Source: Candidatus Pampinifervens sinense (GTDB lineage Bacteria > Aquificota > Aquificia > Aquificales > Aquificaceae). From it: a stretch of 64,000 bases of DNA. Within the stretch, counting starts at the first letter, position 1; every line of letters starts with the position of its first letter. Under the pieces are notes generated by a model. It ran no database searches. It was not told where the DNA came from and was given only the letters and a program-made list of their open reading frames with translations. The stretch spans positions 64,001-128,000 of the forward strand of contig JAXSPP010000004.1 in the NCBI GenBank assembly GCA_037927135.1, read 5' to 3'. Made by a program: the position numbers and the translations under genes. Below, in pieces: positions 11,170 to 22,708 of the stretch.

Positions 11170-12039
11170 ATGGAGTTTTTCTTTAACTTTTTAAGAAGCT
11201 TCTACGATTACACATTGGACATACTGCCTTACTTTTTTGTTGCGGTGCTTATCACTTCTTTACTTCAAAGCTTTACACAGTTAAATTGGCTCAAGCGGCT
11301 CCTAAAGAAGAAAAAAACAGCCCCACTCTTTACCGGCATATTAGGAGGTCTCCTTCCCGTATGTTCCTGTTCTATGCTTCCTATAGCCAACCTAATAAAC
11401 AGCCTATCAAGAAGCTATTCCCCCGTGCTATCCTTCCTTATAGTAGCTCCAGTCATCTCGCCTGTAACCCTTTTGCTTACCTATGGCTACTTTGGGTTCA
11501 CCATGACTTTAGTAAGGCTCATAGGCACATTCCTTTTTGCTCTCACCTTTGCTCACCTTATGGACCTCTTCTTTAAAAAACCGAAAACTCTGCCACTTAT
11601 CATGGGAGGAAGTGATCAGGAGAGAAGATCAAGGCTTTTTTTATACTATCTAAAGGAGAATCTGATAGGTATAGGTAAGTATGTGCTTTTAGGCATACTC
11701 ATAGCCTCACTTATAAAGACGCTTATCCCCCAAAGCTTTGTAAGACCGATAGCTGGCACATTATCCTCATACCTTCTTCTGTCCTTCCTATCTGTACCCA
11801 TATATGTTTGCTCTGGTGAAGAGGTTCCCATTGGAAAGGCCCTTGTGGATATAGGTTTCACTTTGGGCAATGCCCTCACCTTTATGTTAGGTGGTACGGG
11901 CATATGCATGCCTACCATACTGGCTGTTATGAAGTTTTTACCAAAGGCTTTGGTCTTAGCCTATACGATCTTCTGGCTCTTCTTCTCAGTTATAATGGGT
12001 CTTCTTTATGATAGGATACTATGGGGATTAAATTTTTAG
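11170..12039 (+). CDS. predicted permease (DUF318/ArsP-like)
   Basis: Multi-TM protein with duplicated PVCSCS / YVCSGEEVP motifs. Confidence 0.8.
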   Translation: MEFFFNFLRSFYDYTLDILPYFFVAVLITSLLQSFTQLNWLKRLLKKKKTAPLFTGILGGLLPVCSCSMLPIANLINSLSRSYSPVLSFLIVAPVISPVTLLLTYGYFGFTMTLVRLIGTFLFALTFAHLMDLFFKKPKTLPLIMGGSDQERRSRLFLYYLKENLIGIGKYVLLGILIASLIKTLIPQSFVRPIAGTLSSYLLLSFLSVPIYVCSGEEVPIGKALVDIGFTLGNALTFMLGGTGICMPTILAVMKFLPKALVLAYTIFWLFFSVIMGLLYDRILWGLNF

Positions 12040-12045
12040 TATAAT
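12040..12045 (+). promoter_or_regulatory. -10 box (TATAAT) for the roadblock-DUF4388-GTPase unit
   Basis: Perfect TATAAT directly after the permease stop, followed by GGAGG SD before ATG 12079. Confidence 0.5.
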
Positions 12046-12078
12046 GTATACACAATAGGCATAAAAAAGGAGGGACAG

Positions 12079-12432
12079 ATGGACAGATACACACAGGTTT
12101 TGCAAGAACTTATAAGGAATACGGGGCTTGAGGGTGCCTCTTTAGTTTCAGCCGACGGCCTTCCTATAGCCTCTGTGTTAAAACCTGGAATGGAGGAAGA
12201 TAGGATAGCGGCTATGAGCGCAGCCATACTTTCCTTGGGTGAGAGGGTCTCTGAGGAGTTGGCAAAGGGCAATTTAGAACAGATAACCATTAAAGGGAAC
12301 GATGGCTATGTTATATTGACTGGGGTGGGGAAGGAGGCGGTGATGGTTGTGCTTGCGGACAACAATGCAAAGCTTGGACTTTTGCTTATGGAGATAAGAA
12401 AGGCCCAGGACAAGCTCAAGGGGATGTTGTAA
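12079..12432 (+). CDS. roadblock/LC7 domain protein (MglB-like)
   Basis: LVSADGLPIAS..DRIAAMSAAILSLGER..EL..G, LGLL..EI pattern. Confidence 0.9.
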   Translation: MDRYTQVLQELIRNTGLEGASLVSADGLPIASVLKPGMEEDRIAAMSAAILSLGERVSEELAKGNLEQITIKGNDGYVILTGVGKEAVMVVLADNNAKLGLLLMEIRKAQDKLKGML

Positions 12433-12438
12433 AGATAC

Positions 12439-13134
12439 ATGGCTTTAACGGGGGACCTTAAAACCTTTAACTTTGTGGACATATTTCAAGTGATAGCAAA
12501 AGATAAAAAGAGTGGTATTCTTTTGGTTGAATGGCCGGATATAACCGTTGCCTATTATATAAAGGATGGCCATGTTATCTTTGCAAGGCCTGTGGATAGG
12601 GTATTTAGAGTATATGTGGAAAGGGATTTTGATCTGCTAATAGAAAAGCTGCGTATCTCTAAGGAAAACCTTTTTAAAACCGTAGAAAGGTTTCTTATTG
12701 AGAGGTTAAATCTCAAAGATGGTGTCTTTTCCTTTACGCCAGGTTTTGTCAAATACGGCTCAAACAGCTATGGAGATGTGTATCCAATAGAGAAGATTAT
12801 AATGCTGGCTTCCCGAAACCTTCTTCAAGAGGAGGTGGAAAGAAAAATATCCGATGAACTGCTGGTTTTTGAACCTGTAGAAAATACTCAGGATGTTATA
12901 GAAAGGGCGGAGCTCACCCCAGAGGAACAGAAGGTGCTTTCCCTTGTGAACGGTGAAAGGACTGTTTATGACATAAGGAAGGATTCAGGCCTTGATAGCC
13001 TCACGGTAGACAGAGCTTTGTATGGCCTTTTGGCCTTAGGTGTGATAAAGAGGAAGAAGAAGGAAAGGAAGCAAAAGCCTTCTATCGCTTTAGATCTTCT
13101 TATGAAGATCATAGAAAGGATTAAAGAGCTATGA
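12439..13134 (+). CDS. DUF4388 (PATAN-like) domain protein with C-terminal winged-helix-like region
   Basis: MALTGDLKTF.FVDIFQ......KSG.L N-terminus; C-terminal VLSLVNGERTVYDI...LYGL. Confidence 0.75.
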   Translation: MALTGDLKTFNFVDIFQVIAKDKKSGILLVEWPDITVAYYIKDGHVIFARPVDRVFRVYVERDFDLLIEKLRISKENLFKTVERFLIERLNLKDGVFSFTPGFVKYGSNSYGDVYPIEKIIMLASRNLLQEEVERKISDELLVFEPVENTQDVIERAELTPEEQKVLSLVNGERTVYDIRKDSGLDSLTVDRALYGLLALGVIKRKKKERKQKPSIALDLLMKIIERIKEL

Positions 13135-13679
13135 AGAGGATAAAGAAGATTAAGATAGTTATAGCTGGACCCTTTGCGGCAGGTAAAACACAGTTTATAA
13201 ACACCGTTAGCGAGATAAAGACGGTGCAAACGGAAAGGAGGACAAGCACACCAGGGGAGAGGAGCGTAAAGGATTATACCACAGTTGCTATGGATTTTGG
13301 AAAGATACGCATAGACGATGAGCACGAGCTTTATCTTTTTGGAACTCCAGGCCAATCCAGGTTTGACTTCATGTGGGAGATCCTTGGAGAGGGTGCCCTC
13401 GGCATAATAATACTTGTGGACAGCACAGACCCTTCTACCTTTCACGAGGCAAGAAAGATAATAAACTTTTTTAGTTCTCGCTTTCCAGTTCCCATGGTGG
13501 TAGGGGCCAACAAACAGGATCTGCCAAATGCTTGGCCTCCGGAGGATGTGGCTACAGCCCTTGATATAAGCGAGGAAGAAGGCATACCGGTCGTTCCTGT
13601 ATCTGCCATAGATAAGGAGAGTGTAAAGAGGGTATTGCTTACACTCCTTGAGATGATAAAGGCTGAGCTAACCTCTTAA
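13131..13679 (+). CDS. small Ras-like GTPase (MglA/ATP_bind_1 family)
   Basis: G1 GPFAAGKT, G2 TTVAMDFG, G3 GTPGQSRF, G4 NKQD, G5 SA. Confidence 0.92.
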   Translation: MKRIKKIKIVIAGPFAAGKTQFINTVSEIKTVQTERRTSTPGERSVKDYTTVAMDFGKIRIDDEHELYLFGTPGQSRFDFMWEILGEGALGIIILVDSTDPSTFHEARKIINFFSSRFPVPMVVGANKQDLPNAWPPEDVATALDISEEEGIPVVPVSAIDKESVKRVLLTLLEMIKAELTS

Positions 13680-14698
13680 GGGTATAAGGGAAGGCTTTTG
13701 AGACACAAGGTTTCTTCCAAGTTTGTAAGTAGGTTGAAGTTCTGTATAGCTTGAGAGGATGCTCCTTTCCCAAGGTTATCAATAAGGCTTATAAGCTCAA
13801 GGATAGAATTCCTCTCATCGTAATGGATATATATACAGCAAAGGTTTGTTCCGATTACGTGTTTAACATGGGGTGGCTCCTCCATCAACACCACAAAGGG
13901 TTCCTTTCTATAGCTTTCTCCGTATAGCTCTTTGTAATCAAGCTTAGGAGCACTTGTATAGACTTTCACCATCATACCCCTTACCAATGGCACCACTTGC
14001 GGTGTGAACCTAATGCTAACACTTTTACCATAGACCTCCTTTATTACTTCTTCCATCTCTGGAGTATGCCTATGCTTTTCTACAGAGTAAGCAAAGGCAT
14101 TGCCTTCCATTTCTGGGTAATGAAATTTCTGGCTTGGCTTCCTTCCCGCACCAGATATGCCCGAAATGGCATCAACTACAATCCACTCTAGATCTACCTT
14201 TTCTTTCAAAAGGGGATAGAGGGCCAAAAGGGTGGCTGTAGGATAACAGCCTGGGTTTGCCACAAGATCCGCCTTTTTTATCCTTTCCCTGAAGACCTCT
14301 GGCAAGCCGTAAACTGCTTTGTTAAGAAGGTCTGGGTGTGTGTGTTCAAAGCCATAGTATTCTAAATAGCTTTGAGGGTTTTTTATTCTGTACGCACCAG
14401 AGAGGTCTATAACCTTTTTCCCCTTTTCTAAAAGCTGTGGGACAAGCTCCAAAGAGGTCTCATGAGGTAAACATAAAAAGGCCACATCAAAATCTTCTTC
14501 AGGCTCTTCTAGAAGGTATTTCTGGCCTATTTGGCTGTTGCTAAAGTGTGGGAAAACTTCAGACAGTTTTCTTCCAGCGTGTGTTTGAACTACAAGAGAG
14601 GAGATTTTTACATAAGGGTGAAAGGAGAGAAGCCTTAAGAGCTCAATTCCTGTATAGCCTGTAGCACCATAGACGCATACGCTTATCTCTTGCTCCAT
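13676..14698 (-). CDS. argC: N-acetyl-gamma-glutamyl-phosphate reductase
   Basis: [36 protein letters not shown]. Confidence 0.96.
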   Translation of the reverse strand: MEQEISVCVYGATGYTGIELLRLLSFHPYVKISSLVVQTHAGRKLSEVFPHFSNSQIGQKYLLEEPEEDFDVAFLCLPHETSLELVPQLLEKGKKVIDLSGAYRIKNPQSYLEYYGFEHTHPDLLNKAVYGLPEVFRERIKKADLVANPGCYPTATLLALYPLLKEKVDLEWIVVDAISGISGAGRKPSQKFHYPEMEGNAFAYSVEKHRHTPEMEEVIKEVYGKSVSIRFTPQVVPLVRGMMVKVYTSAPKLDYKELYGESYRKEPFVVLMEEPPHVKHVIGTNLCCIYIHYDERNSILELISLIDNLGKGASSQAIQNFNLLTNLEETLCLKSLPLYP

Positions 14699-15123
14699 CT
14701 GTAGGCCTTTCTTGCCTTCATAAGGCCATACTTCTTCCTTTCCTTCTCCCTTGCGTCCCTTGTTAGTAGTCCTGCCTTTTTAAGCGTACTTCTCAGATCA
14801 GGATTGTATCTAACCAAGGCCTTTGCAACGCCGTACATTATGGCTTCCGCCTGGCCGCTTATACCACCACCGCTAACGGTAGCATATATACCAAACCTTC
14901 CTTCAAGGCCTGTTAGCTTTAAGGGATAAAGCACCTTGTTATAAAGGGTTTCCCTCTGAAGATATTGTCTCAAATCGTATTCTTTGCCTGTGTTTTTAAC
15001 CTTAACTATCTGCTTATCTGTGCCTTTCACTAGCCACACCCTTGCCACACTTTCCTTCCTTCTGCCAGTGGCATAGTAAGCGTTATCTGGACCTAGCTTA
15101 AAGTCCCTAAGCTTTACCGTCAT
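14683..15123 (-). CDS. rpsI: 30S ribosomal protein S9
   Basis: [37 protein letters not shown]. Confidence 0.97.
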   Translation of the reverse strand: MTVKLRDFKLGPDNAYYATGRRKESVARVWLVKGTDKQIVKVKNTGKEYDLRQYLQRETLYNKVLYPLKLTGLEGRFGIYATVSGGGISGQAEAIMYGVAKALVRYNPDLRSTLKKAGLLTRDAREKERKKYGLMKARKAYRWSKR

Positions 15124-15554
15124 GCTTCAACCTCCAAGACTTTGGGCTGTTGTGCTATATGAGGATGGTTGGGCCCTCTGTATATTTTGAGCCTTTTTAG
15201 CATCCTGTGACCCAGCTTGTTCTTAGGAAGCATCCTCTTTACGGCCAACCTTATCACCTCTTCAGGTTTGTGTTCAAGCATCCAAGCTAGTGTCCTCTCT
15301 TTTAATCCGCCCGGATAGTTGGTATGGAATTGATAGAGCTTTTGCTCAAGCTTTTTGCCTGTAACAGCTATCTTTTCCGCATTTACCACTATAACAAAAT
15401 CACCACAGTCCACATCAGGCTGGTAATAAGGCTTGTGTTTCCCTCTTAGAATCCTTGCAATCTGTGAAGCCAACCTTCCCAATATTTTCCCTTCTGCATC
15501 CACAACCCACCAATCCCTTACCACATCTTCCTTTCTAACATAATAGGTCTTCAT
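15120..15554 (-). CDS. rplM: 50S ribosomal protein L13
   Basis: WWVVDA, LGRLAS, GKHKP.Y.P.VDCGD, MLPKN. Confidence 0.98.
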   Translation of the reverse strand: MKTYYVRKEDVVRDWWVVDAEGKILGRLASQIARILRGKHKPYYQPDVDCGDFVIVVNAEKIAVTGKKLEQKLYQFHTNYPGGLKERTLAWMLEHKPEEVIRLAVKRMLPKNKLGHRMLKRLKIYRGPNHPHIAQQPKVLEVEA

Positions 15555-15591
15555 CTTCCTTCTCCTTTCTGTAGGTTATTCAAGGCATTTT

Positions 15592-15600
15592 ATTATACCA
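15592..15600 (-). promoter_or_regulatory. extended -10 promoter (TGGTATAAT) for rplM-rpsI-argC
   Basis: Minus strand reads TGGTATAAT ~37 nt upstream of the rplM ATG, with AGGAG SD in between. Confidence 0.55.
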
Positions 15601-15604
15601 CAAC

Positions 15605-16033
15605 TTACCTTTCCGCCTGCAACTTATACCCACCTTCCATCCATCCCTCCGGGTAATACCAATCCCTGAAGTATCTGTATCCTAGCCTTTTGAGCTTTGA
15701 TCCAAGTCTTGTCTCTTCTGGAGGCATGCCAGCCTTTAGCTCTTCAAGCGTCCTTCTATCATCATAGTATTCCACAAAGACTCTTCTGAAGTATCTGGAG
15801 ATGATCTCATAGAGGGAGTCCTCTAAAGGGGAGTCAAAAAAGTCTGGGTCTATATGGAAGAGTTCTATCCATTCTTTCCAATAGGGCTTTCTGCCATAGA
15901 AGGCCTTCATATAAAGAAGTCTCTTACCCTTCCATCGGATTACAATATTCTCTTCCTCCAAAAACCTTCCCCCTTCTATCCTTTCTATTTCAAAGTATCT
16001 TTTAAGATCTTCCTTGAAGTTTTCCATTTTCAA
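15605..16033 (-). CDS. DUF1122 family protein
   Basis: [45 protein letters not shown]. Confidence 0.75.
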   Translation of the reverse strand: MKMENFKEDLKRYFEIERIEGGRFLEEENIVIRWKGKRLLYMKAFYGRKPYWKEWIELFHIDPDFFDSPLEDSLYEIISRYFRRVFVEYYDDRRTLEELKAGMPPEETRLGSKLKRLGYRYFRDWYYPEGWMEGGYKLQAER

Positions 16034-17613
16034 CTTGTTATCCTTTCCTCATCCTTATGAAGCTTATATATTAGACTGTCTGTAAGAGCTATCCAAGAGG
16101 CCTCTATTATGTTCTCCGATACACCTACAGTACCCCATTTCATGTGCCCATCTGTTGACTCAATGAGAACCCTCACCTTTGCGCTTGTGCCTTCAGACTC
16201 GTTAACTATTCTCACCTTATAGTCTATAAGCTGGACCTCCTTAAGGTTTGGATAGAACTCCTCTAATGCCTTCCTTAGAGCCCTGTCTAAAGCGCTCACC
16301 GGACCGTTCCCCAATGCGGCAGTATGCTGTTTTACATCACCCACAAAAAGCCTCACTGTAGCTTCAGAGACTGGGAGGTTATCGGTGCTTCTCTTTGCGA
16401 TAAGAACTCTGTAGGCGTCCAATGTAAAGTAATCCTTTACTAGGCCAAAGTGTCTTTTGCAGAGTAGTTCAAAGGATGCTTCCGCAGCCTCAAAATGATA
16501 CCCTTCCTTTTCCAGCTCCTTTATCTTTTCCAATAACCTTATGAGCTCTGGAGACTTTTCATCAATTTCAATGCCCATTTCTCTGAGTTTGTAGAGTATA
16601 TTGCTCTTGCCAGAAAGGTCTGAAACGGTTATCTTCCTCTTGTTGCCTACAAGAGCAGGATCAATATGTTCATAGGTGCTAGAGTGCCTCATAACAGCAG
16701 AGGCGTGAACGCCAGCCTTGTGAGCAAAGGCACTCTCACCCACATAGGGCATGTTCTTTGGTAAGGGCATGTTGGATAGCTCGGATACAAAGTGGCTAAG
16801 CTCTGTGAGTTTCTTTAGGCTTTCACTAGATACCACACTGTAGCCCATCTTCAGCTGCAAATTGGGAATTATGGAGCAAAGGTTTGCATTACCCGTCCTT
16901 TCTCCTATACCGTTGATAGTTCCATGAACCTGCCTTGCTCCCGCCAAAACGGCCATCAAAGAGTTGGCTACAGCCGTGTCTGAGTCGTTGTGAGCATGTA
17001 TACCTATCCTTGCCTCTGGAAAGACCTCTTTTACCTTTTTTGTTATCTCATAAACCTCATGGGGTAGGCTCCCACCGTTGGTATCGCATAGCACTATCCA
17101 GTCTGCACCACCTTCCAAGGCAGACCTTAAAACCTCAAGGGCATATTGGGGATTGTTTTTATAGCCATCAAAGAAGTGCTCCGCATCAAATATGACTTCT
17201 TCCACATGCTTTTTGAGATAGCTTACCGTTTCATAGACCATGGAGAGGTTCTCTTCCAAGGTGGTCTTTAGGGCTTCAAGCACATGAAAATCCCAGCTTT
17301 TGCCAAAGATGGTTATCACTTGAGCGCCAGACTTTATAAGGTTTGCCACCTGAGGGTCTTCTTCCACCTTCTTGCCTGGCCTCCTTGTTGATCCAAAGGC
17401 CACTATCTTGGCGTGAAGCGGTCTATACTTTCTTAACCTCTCAAAGAGTATAGTATCCTTTGGATTGGCACCAGGCCATCCACACTCTATGTAATCAATA
17501 CCAAACTCATCCAGCTTTTGGAGTATGCGTAGTTTGTCCTCAAGGGAAAAGTTCACACCTTCCGCTTGAGAGCCGTCTCTTAGTGTGGTGTCATAAATGA
17601 AAACCTTTTCCAT
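16030..17613 (-). CDS. cimA: citramalate synthase (alpha-IPM synthase family)
   Basis: [47 protein letters not shown]. Confidence 0.9.
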   Translation of the reverse strand: MEKVFIYDTTLRDGSQAEGVNFSLEDKLRILQKLDEFGIDYIECGWPGANPKDTILFERLRKYRPLHAKIVAFGSTRRPGKKVEEDPQVANLIKSGAQVITIFGKSWDFHVLEALKTTLEENLSMVYETVSYLKKHVEEVIFDAEHFFDGYKNNPQYALEVLRSALEGGADWIVLCDTNGGSLPHEVYEITKKVKEVFPEARIGIHAHNDSDTAVANSLMAVLAGARQVHGTINGIGERTGNANLCSIIPNLQLKMGYSVVSSESLKKLTELSHFVSELSNMPLPKNMPYVGESAFAHKAGVHASAVMRHSSTYEHIDPALVGNKRKITVSDLSGKSNILYKLREMGIEIDEKSPELIRLLEKIKELEKEGYHFEAAEASFELLCKRHFGLVKDYFTLDAYRVLIAKRSTDNLPVSEATVRLFVGDVKQHTAALGNGPVSALDRALRKALEEFYPNLKEVQLIDYKVRIVNESEGTSAKVRVLIESTDGHMKWGTVGVSENIIEASWIALTDSLIYKLHKDEERITS

Positions 17614-17626
17614 AATATAAAATATA

Positions 17627-19159
17627 TCACCTTATCCTTAGCTTCCTTGGTTGAGCTTTGCTTTTCTGCCTTAGCTCTTCAAAATCGGTAGGCTTTTCTA
17701 TGTCGGGCAGGCTAAGGGCCCTCAGGCTTTCTTGAAAGGCCCTCTCAAGGTTATACGCCTTAAAGTTCTTCACATAATCTGGTATAAGGTGGTATTCTTC
17801 CCTTTTCAATGCTTCAATGAGCTCCATAAGGTATGGTGATAGCTTTAACTTGTCCAGTTCAACACCTTCAAAGCCAAACCTGTAAAGCCCAGCCAAAAGC
17901 ACAGCTTCATGATAGCTAAGGGGGGGATGTTCCTTTTTCTCCTTTATGTCTACTTTAACCAGCCTCTCCTGGAGGCTTGTGATGGGGAGGGAAGTGGCCT
18001 TTGAAAGCTCCTTTAGTATCTCATACCTTTTTACACCATCGGGGATAAAACTGCAAAAGTATAGAAGGTCTTCAAAGGCCTCCCTATCTCCCTCTTTTAC
18101 CCTTTGAAGAAGGTGTTGATCTATAGCTTGGCTTGTTCTTATCAAGCTTTTTAGTCCTTGAGGGTCCTTCTTTACAAAGGAGTCTGGGTCTTCTCCCTCC
18201 GGCAGATAGACTACCCTCACCTGCATACCAGCCTTCAAAAGGTAAGGCACAGAGGACCTTACCGCCTTCCTTCCAGCCTTATCGCCATCGTAAAGTAAAA
18301 CAACTCTTTTTACCAACTTTGATAGCATAAGGGCATGCTCTTCCGTAAGAGCTGTGCCAAGGGGTGCTACGCAATTCCTTATTCCCTCCTGCCACAGGCT
18401 CATAAGGTCAAAGTAGCCTTCCACAATGATCACCTCTTCCTCTTCCCTTATGTGTTCCTTTGCCTCATATAGTCCAAAAAGGGTGGACCTCTTTTTAAAG
18501 ACCTCCGACTCGGGTGAGTTTATATACTTTGGCTGGCTTCCATCAATGCTTCTTCCCCCAAAGGCTATCACATCTCCTTTCATATCCCTTACTGGAATGA
18601 TAAGCCTGTTTTTAAAGAGGTCTCTGTAGAGGCCCTCCTCTATCTTTGTTATGTTTCCACTCTTTTCATAAACCTCTAATAGCCCCTCCTCAGAAAGTAG
18701 TCTTATAAGCTTTTCTGTATTTCCAGAAAAACCCAGAGTGAACTTGCTTATGGTTCTTGAGCTTATCCCTCTACTCTCAAGGTATTCTAAAGCCTGTTTG
18801 CTCTCCTTTAGTTGTTCATGGTAAAACTCTGCCACCTTTTGAAGGGCAACAAGGAGTTTGCTGTCTTTTTCTTTTCTTCTTAACCTTATGGAAATTCCAT
18901 ACCTTTTTGCAAGCTTTTCCACAGCCTCCCAGTAGTCTATATTCTCATAAAGGGAGACAAACTTTATGGCATCTCCACCCACACCACAACCAAAGCATTT
19001 GAATATGCCTTTTGAAGGTGAAACATAAAAGGAAGGTGTGTCGTCGGGATGAAAGGGACATCTGGCGGCGTAGTTGTTTCCCACCCTTTTTAACTCTATG
19101 TAAGAGGAGATCACATCCACTATGTCAATCTTTCCAAGAAGGTCCTTGAGGGAGGGCAT
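17627..19159 (-). CDS. dnaG: DNA primase
   Basis: CHC2 zinc finger CPFH..CFGC, FGGR, KYINSPE, EGYFD, YDGD.AG, DPD. Confidence 0.97.
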   Translation of the reverse strand: MPSLKDLLGKIDIVDVISSYIELKRVGNNYAARCPFHPDDTPSFYVSPSKGIFKCFGCGVGGDAIKFVSLYENIDYWEAVEKLAKRYGISIRLRRKEKDSKLLVALQKVAEFYHEQLKESKQALEYLESRGISSRTISKFTLGFSGNTEKLIRLLSEEGLLEVYEKSGNITKIEEGLYRDLFKNRLIIPVRDMKGDVIAFGGRSIDGSQPKYINSPESEVFKKRSTLFGLYEAKEHIREEEEVIIVEGYFDLMSLWQEGIRNCVAPLGTALTEEHALMLSKLVKRVVLLYDGDKAGRKAVRSSVPYLLKAGMQVRVVYLPEGEDPDSFVKKDPQGLKSLIRTSQAIDQHLLQRVKEGDREAFEDLLYFCSFIPDGVKRYEILKELSKATSLPITSLQERLVKVDIKEKKEHPPLSYHEAVLLAGLYRFGFEGVELDKLKLSPYLMELIEALKREEYHLIPDYVKNFKAYNLERAFQESLRALSLPDIEKPTDFEELRQKSKAQPRKLRIR

Positions 19160-19168
19160 AGGGAATAA

Positions 19169-19363
19169 TTATAGGCCTATCTCCACCCTTGAGTTCTCAT
19201 CGTAAATGTATAGCTTTCCTTCTTCCTCATCTTTTGTCCTTTTATGAGAGCCATCACAAAAAGGAGGGTTTTTTGAAAGACCACATTGGCATATGTAAAA
19301 GGTCTCTTCCCCTACCTCAAGCTTATAAGGGCCTTTTTCTGTATGCTTTACAAGTCTTGCCAT
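19169..19363 (-). CDS. CDGSH iron-sulfur domain protein
   Basis: CQCGLSKNPPFCDGSH; start placed at ATG 19363 behind AGGAGG SD. Confidence 0.92.
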   Translation of the reverse strand: MARLVKHTEKGPYKLEVGEETFYICQCGLSKNPPFCDGSHKRTKDEEEGKLYIYDENSRVEIGL

Positions 19364-19412
19364 AGCAAACCTCCTTAAACGTATAGTATAATACCAATAG
19401 TAAAAGTTGGCT

Positions 19413-20435
19413 ATGATCGCTTTATACCTAAAAGATTCACCACAAAAGCTTTCCAATATACTGTCTTCCTTAGGAGTTTCCTTTTCTACCATTGGAAATG
19501 TTTTTATACTGGATATGGAAAAGCATGCCTTTTTTCTTATAGTAGAAGACCTTCCAAAGGAAATAACAAAAAAGTTAAAAATTTCCTTTGTAGAAAAAGA
19601 AGACCTTTCAAGCGCAGAAAAGTTAATTGAGATAGGTTTTAGATCTATATCCCTTGAAGAGTTTGCCGAAGAAAACTTGTTCTATGGTTTGTCTGAGGTG
19701 CTGAATAATGGGGATATCTATTTTCATTCCATCATAGATGTAAAAACAAAGAAGATATACGGCTTTGAAGCCTTGTGCAGACTACCTATTCCCATATATA
19801 AGCTCTTTAAAGTAAGCGATAGGATTGCCTTCTTTGCGGACAATTTCTGCAGAGAAAGGGCTTTGCTGGACTATACAAGGCGTTTTCCCATGCAAAATTA
19901 TCATCTGTTTTTAAACTTTCATCCCAAGTTTTTGAAAAACCCTTTGGAGAACGTGGGAGAGTTGATCACAAGCCTTATGAACAAGGAAGTGGATGCTTCA
20001 AAGATAGTTGTGGAAATAGATGAGTATGAGGGAATGGATTTAAAGAGTGTAAAGCTTATTAGAGACTTTTTAAAGGCGGAAGGTATACAGGTTGCCCTTG
20101 ATGATGTGGGGGCTGGCTACGCTGGGCTTTACCAGCTGACAGAAATACACCCAGACATCGCCAAGCTTGACATGGCCCTCGTTAGAGATGTTTATAAAAG
20201 CCCTGTTAAGCAGGCCGTTGTAAAGGGGCTAATATCTGCCTGCAAAGCCAGTAATATAAAGGTTTTGGCCGAAGGCATAGAAAAGGAAGAAGAGCTACTC
20301 TTCCTTTTGGAGGCTGGTGTGGACCTGCTTCAAGGCTTCCTCTTTTCCAAGCCAAGCCCATATCCAAACACAAGGGAAATAGAGAAGGTGGCTTATAATT
20401 TATTAGCTAAACACCCTTTAGGAGGTTTATTATGA
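19413..20435 (+). CDS. EAL-domain c-di-GMP phosphodiesterase
   Basis: FEALCR, LFLNF, VVEI, DDVGAGY, KLD, AEGIE, QGFLF. Confidence 0.88.
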   Translation: MIALYLKDSPQKLSNILSSLGVSFSTIGNVFILDMEKHAFFLIVEDLPKEITKKLKISFVEKEDLSSAEKLIEIGFRSISLEEFAEENLFYGLSEVLNNGDIYFHSIIDVKTKKIYGFEALCRLPIPIYKLFKVSDRIAFFADNFCRERALLDYTRRFPMQNYHLFLNFHPKFLKNPLENVGELITSLMNKEVDASKIVVEIDEYEGMDLKSVKLIRDFLKAEGIQVALDDVGAGYAGLYQLTEIHPDIAKLDMALVRDVYKSPVKQAVVKGLISACKASNIKVLAEGIEKEEELLFLLEAGVDLLQGFLFSKPSPYPNTREIEKVAYNLLAKHPLGGLL

Positions 20436-22708
20436 AAACCTTAGCCTATGGCTTTCCTAAGCTGGGAGAAAAGAGGGAGTTCAAAAGCCTTCTGGAGGAC
20501 TTTTGGAGGGGCAAGATAAAAGAGGAGGATCTTATAAATGGTATGAACGCTCTAAAGGAGTGGATGGCAGGCATATACAGCACATATGTGGACCTCTTCC
20601 CTTCCGGTGAGGTCTCCTACTACGACTTTATGCTTGATATGGCCATAACGGTGGGAGCCATACCAAAGAGGTTTGGCCAATATATGGGTCTTGAGACCTA
20701 CTTCCAGATGGCAAGGGGTGCTCAGGCGCTGGAGATGACCAAATACTTCAACACCAACTACCACTACCTTGTGCCGGAATTGGAAGGAAAAGACTTTAAA
20801 CTCTTCAAAAATATCCCCCTTGAAGAGTACAGCTTTTTAAAGTCCAAGGGCTATGACCCCCTTCCAAGGCTTATAGCACCCTTTACCTTTTTAAAGCTTT
20901 CCAAGGTTTTAAAAAGGTCCGAATATTCAGAGTTGCCCCTTTATGAGCTTTCAAAGATAGAAGGCCAAAGGGAAATGGAAGACTACCTAAATGCCATCTT
21001 CCCCGTCTATGAAGAGCTTCTAAAGAGCCTCTCTCAAGCTGGCGCAAGGGCTGTTCTGATGGAGGACCCAGCCCTGTGCCTTGATATGGAAGATTGGGAG
21101 TGGGATCTTGTGCATGAAACCTACAGCTGTCTTAGCAAGTATGCAGACCTTTATGTGATAACCTACTACGATAGTGTGTCCGACTACAAGAGGTTTGTAG
21201 ACCTTCCCGTAAAGGCCTTGGGACTTGACCTTGTGTCCAATGGTGAAAACCTTGAGAATATAAGAAGGTATGGCTTTCCGGAGGATAAGGTCCTTATAGC
21301 GGGCATAATAAACGGAAGGAATGTGTGGAGGGCAAACTTAAAGGAAAAGCTAAGCCTTATAGAAGAGCTTTCCAAGCTTTCTAAGGACCTTATAATCTCC
21401 AACTCCTGCCCCCTTTTCCATCTTCCTGTGAGCGTAGAGCCAGAAGACAGCCTGCCGGAAGGCCTAAAAGAGAGGCTTTCCTTTGCCAAGGAGAAGCTCC
21501 GTGAGCTAAAGACCCTAAAGCTTGCCTTTGAGGGAGAAGAAATTGCCTTAAAAGAGGTGGAGGAGTCTGCAAGGCTATCAAAAGAAGGCTTTGGAGTAAG
21601 GGAAGAGGTAAGAAGAAGGATAGCCAGCCTCAGGCCAGAGGACTTTCAGAGGGAACTTCCTTACGCGGAAAGGATAAAAATACAGCAGGAGATTTTAAAC
21701 CTTCCCCTCTTGCCCACCACTACTATAGGCTCTTTTCCACAGACAGAGGAGGTGAGGAAGGCAAGGACTGCTTACAACTCTGGAAAGATGTCTGAGGAGG
21801 AGTACAAGGAGTTTATAAGAAAACAGATAGAGCATGTGATAAGGGTTCAAGAAGAGATAGGCTTGGATGTGCTTGTGCATGGTGAGTTTGAAAGAACAGA
21901 CATGGTAGAGTTCTTTGCCCAAAGGCTGGAGGGCATTGCCACCACCAAGCACGGATGGGTTCTCTCCTATGGCTCAAGAGTCTACAGGCCACCCATCATA
22001 TACGGAGACGTCTACAGGCCAAGGCCTATGACGGTGGAGGAGATAAGCTACGCTCAGTCTTTGACAAGTAAGCCCGTAAAAGGCATGCTCACAGGACCTG
22101 TCACCATCCTCAACTGGAGCTACTACAGGGAGGACATACCAAAGCATGAGATAGCTTACCAGATAGCCTTGGCCCTCTTAGAAGAGGTAAAAGACCTTGA
22201 GTCTGCGGGCATAAAGGTCATTCAGATAGATGAGCCAGCCTTTAGAGAAGGAGCTCCTCTAAAGAGGAGGGATTGGCCCTCTTACTTTGATTGGGCTGTA
22301 AAGGCCTTTAGGCTGTGCTCTAGGGCAAAGCCACAAACTCAGATACACACCCACATGTGCTACAGTGAGTTTAACGAAGTGATTGAGTACATCTATCAGA
22401 TGGACTTTGATGTCATATCCATAGAGGCCTCAAGGAGTAAAGGAGAGATCATATCGGCCTTTGAGAGCTTTAAGGGATGGGACAGACAGATAGGTATAGG
22501 TGTTTATGATATACACTCGCCCGCCGTGCCTACAAAGGCACAGATAAGGGCGGTGCTTGAGAGGGCCATGAAGGTGCTTCCTGTGGAGCTCCTTTGGGTA
22601 AATCCAGACTGTGGTCTAAAGACAAGAAGATGGGAAGAGGTAGTGCCATCTTTGAAGAATATGGTGGAAACAGCCAAAGAGCTAAGGGAGGAGCTTGTAA
22701 AGGCATGA
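20432..22708 (+). CDS. metE: cobalamin-independent methionine synthase
   Basis: [48 protein letters not shown]. Confidence 0.97.
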   Translation: MKTLAYGFPKLGEKREFKSLLEDFWRGKIKEEDLINGMNALKEWMAGIYSTYVDLFPSGEVSYYDFMLDMAITVGAIPKRFGQYMGLETYFQMARGAQALEMTKYFNTNYHYLVPELEGKDFKLFKNIPLEEYSFLKSKGYDPLPRLIAPFTFLKLSKVLKRSEYSELPLYELSKIEGQREMEDYLNAIFPVYEELLKSLSQAGARAVLMEDPALCLDMEDWEWDLVHETYSCLSKYADLYVITYYDSVSDYKRFVDLPVKALGLDLVSNGENLENIRRYGFPEDKVLIAGIINGRNVWRANLKEKLSLIEELSKLSKDLIISNSCPLFHLPVSVEPEDSLPEGLKERLSFAKEKLRELKTLKLAFEGEEIALKEVEESARLSKEGFGVREEVRRRIASLRPEDFQRELPYAERIKIQQEILNLPLLPTTTIGSFPQTEEVRKARTAYNSGKMSEEEYKEFIRKQIEHVIRVQEEIGLDVLVHGEFERTDMVEFFAQRLEGIATTKHGWVLSYGSRVYRPPIIYGDVYRPRPMTVEEISYAQSLTSKPVKGMLTGPVTILNWSYYREDIPKHEIAYQIALALLEEVKDLESAGIKVIQIDEPAFREGAPLKRRDWPSYFDWAVKAFRLCSRAKPQTQIHTHMCYSEFNEVIEYIYQMDFDVISIEASRSKGEIISAFESFKGWDRQIGIGVYDIHSPAVPTKAQIRAVLERAMKVLPVELLWVNPDCGLKTRRWEEVVPSLKNMVETAKELREELVKA

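Noticed and set aside
19364-19492. N-terminal extension of the CDGSH ORF
   Set aside because: Overlaps the divergent EAL gene; SD and family size support ATG 19363
20380-20431. Possible SAM or cobalamin riboswitch before metE
   Set aside because: The upstream region is EAL coding sequence with TATAAT only ~30 nt before the start, leaving no room for an aptamer
22594-22704. Longer transketolase start
   Set aside because: Lies inside metE; the ATGA overlap at 22705 is the natural start
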